Virus record (IMG/VR): IMGVR_UViG_3300031519_004559
Length of the DNA: 64,000 nt
Origin: a virus
Reading direction: 5' to 3' (one strand)
The translations under genes were made by a program, and so were the position numbers. Of the stretch, positions 63,401 to 64,000 are shown piece after piece (position 1 is the stretch's first letter; the number at the start of each line of letters is the position of its first letter). The notes under the pieces were generated by a model. That model did not search any database. It was not told the DNA's origin and was given only the letters and a program-made list of their open reading frames with translations.

Positions 63401-64000
63401 TTGTAATTCGATAGTTGTTCCTGATACACTAGCATGTACAACGCCTGTTGCTCCTGTGTTAGCCTGTGTAATAGTTTCACCTGCGGTTACACTTATACTT
63501 CCTGTAGTGGTAAATTCTGCAACAGTAGTATAGTTTGTAACACCGTGTGTTTTACCACTCCAAACGAATCGCATACCGCCAAGAGCACTATAGCCTACAT
63601 CACCTGGATAAAGACCTGCTTGTGTTCTACTGTCTCTTGCAATACGTTCAGAATTATCATATAAATTTTGGGCACTTGCGACTAGTTGACCAACAGCAAG
63701 TTTTGTATCTGCTTGTGTCGAACCGTACCCGCTGCCTAATTTAGTAGTCTTAACAGCCATATTAACAAAATCAAATCCTACTTCAAATGTAGTTGCAATT
63801 TCATCTGCTGCTAAGTCTTGACTAAAGCTATCTTTATTACTAAATGCAATACTTCTGTATGTTGAATTATCACTTTCGTCAAAGTTAATTGCTGTACTAG
63901 GTCTTGTAACTAACGTTCCAGGACTGCTAACATTGTCAAAGATGTGGTTAAAGTTGTTTCTGTATTCAACGATTGTAGCATCTGCAACAGTAGCTTGTAA
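60485..64000 (-). CDS. Long tail fibre/spike, 5'-truncated by the window edge
   Basis: Frame stays open from 64000; DATNKNYVD motif; C-terminal YADLAENY...GRVPCKV chaperone-like domain. Confidence 0.8.
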   Translation of the reverse strand, partial: LQATVADATIVEYRNNFNHIFDNVSSPGTLVTRPSTAINFDESDNSTYRSIAFSNKDSFSQDLAADEIATTFEVGFDFVNMAVKTTKLGSGYGSTQADTKLAVGQLVASAQNLYDNSERIARDSRTQAGLYPGDVGYSALGGMRFVWSGKTHGVTNYTTVAEFTTTGSISVTAGETITQANTGATGVVHASVSGTTIELQNVTGTFNTTDTWTGTTSGALGADSVPSVIDLTSWAFITFVDVAATNISAYGGAGLASAVPANDRTITAGLPAGSTGEITVAISLMRATGHDFTQIGTGGFNDSNYPNVILGDPVNSLADFYTDAQTATTAQVWERRKGRVFFVSTDQSGFFRVGKFFSVDQATGDITFAGEIGLSNANALGFKKGVTINEFSADDSFADDSGQAAPTEKAVGGYINRVLGFNVKSGAQIPSSGNRIGTGFLPLNGLSSMEGNLNLNSNKVQNLGNPLSGSDATNKNYVDDNANAFANVKSMRDTSIGTVGANELAVFSGKQIIYTQLETGGTFGVGNTIQNDPSSPTATGVIVDLETLTDEQFGSIRKIVYTVSTGTFDPDNDTITNGTASAVGLTTALQADVGGPFPELTHASESAGSDINVTVTRTSGGAEYNFQYEAGSLIDADVSSTAAIAQSKLAMSTAGTRANATGIAQADLGLATFKNTEFTHTSGFVELQTSTSTTTGITPSKLQWVATDTVLGRSAASAGAVTAISFDTVLDQGGALRDSEFGAFGSSGDEVLIRTAAATYGAIEITVSGEASRIVKTLSDGAIRVSGLVLGGADSYEVATTTGTGTTLTLKTPGQAVILNSTGTTSASLVTAFPGSIDVGDTAIATESNFQTASSYTDEGYISTDWIYTNFIEALTERTGTSTGIGIGAGGGFSESAANTIVFVTNGTTEAYVNDAGLHVDAISTVANNADLVLSGDGTGGVAINDTLKVDSIIAYSGTNTNLSLDGKGSGVVAVVAGMTVGGTATFNGNVDLGNATTDTVTFTSRIDSHIEPDDTGNNRNLGASARKWNTVYATVFEGTATSAQYADLAENYLADADYEEGTVVVFGGEEEVTVTNTKGNTRVAGVVSTNPAHLMNSALQGDHVTAIGLQGRVPCKVLGLVNKGDMLVTASIPGYAIVNNTPGVGQVIGKAVGNKPDDGKGIVEVVVGRV

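Noticed and set aside
1-64000. Bacterial chromosome origin suggested by metK, clpA, def, iscU, dnaJ, groES
   Set aside because: These are interleaved with PolB, clamp/loader, endolysin, spanins, tail genes and T4-like late promoters; no ribosomal or typical cellular operons.
1-64000. Stop-codon recoding, tRNA genes, introns or inteins
   Set aside because: Known enzymes are full length in the standard code and all three stop codons terminate genes; intergenic gaps are short with no cloverleaf noticed; polB, clpA and thyX show no intein-sized inserts.

Overview
This 64-kb window is a gene-dense segment of a large, AT-rich, T4-like or jumbo tailed dsDNA phage, probably aquatic (inferred from gene content). 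It uses the standard genetic code and almost all genes lie on the minus strand. Left to right it contains: (i) an array of eight 2OG-Fe(II)/cupin oxygenases with a sulfotransferase, kinase, SDR and fatty-acid desaturase, beside a tail-fibre gene; (ii) a MoxR AAA+/VWA-metallopeptidase pair and RNase H; (iii) a 7-deazaguanine DNA-modification locus (MetK, QueE, FolE, HIT, PRTase, glycosyltransferase, QueD-like/DpdL-type protein, TGT/DpdA-like transglycosylase) running directly into the sliding clamp, four sugar-nucleotide enzymes and a family-B DNA polymerase; (iv) a block of probable capsid-packaged, protease-processed modular proteins; (v) clpA, def, dnaJ, iscA/iscU and a lysis cassette; (vi) phoH, a DNA methylase, thyX, ferredoxin, APS kinase, clamp loader, aldolase, nucleotide-pool enzymes, groES and a DnaE fragment; (vii) baseplate and tail-fibre genes. 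Ten near-perfect sigma70 promoters and about 13 T4-like late promoter boxes are visible, several inside hairpins that cover translation starts. The most notable candidate new system is a replication-coupled, possibly glycosylated 7-deazaguanine DNA modification: the DpdA-like enzyme ends in the same TFxxLF tail as the polymerase. All family assignments come from motif recognition by eye; no database search was run.
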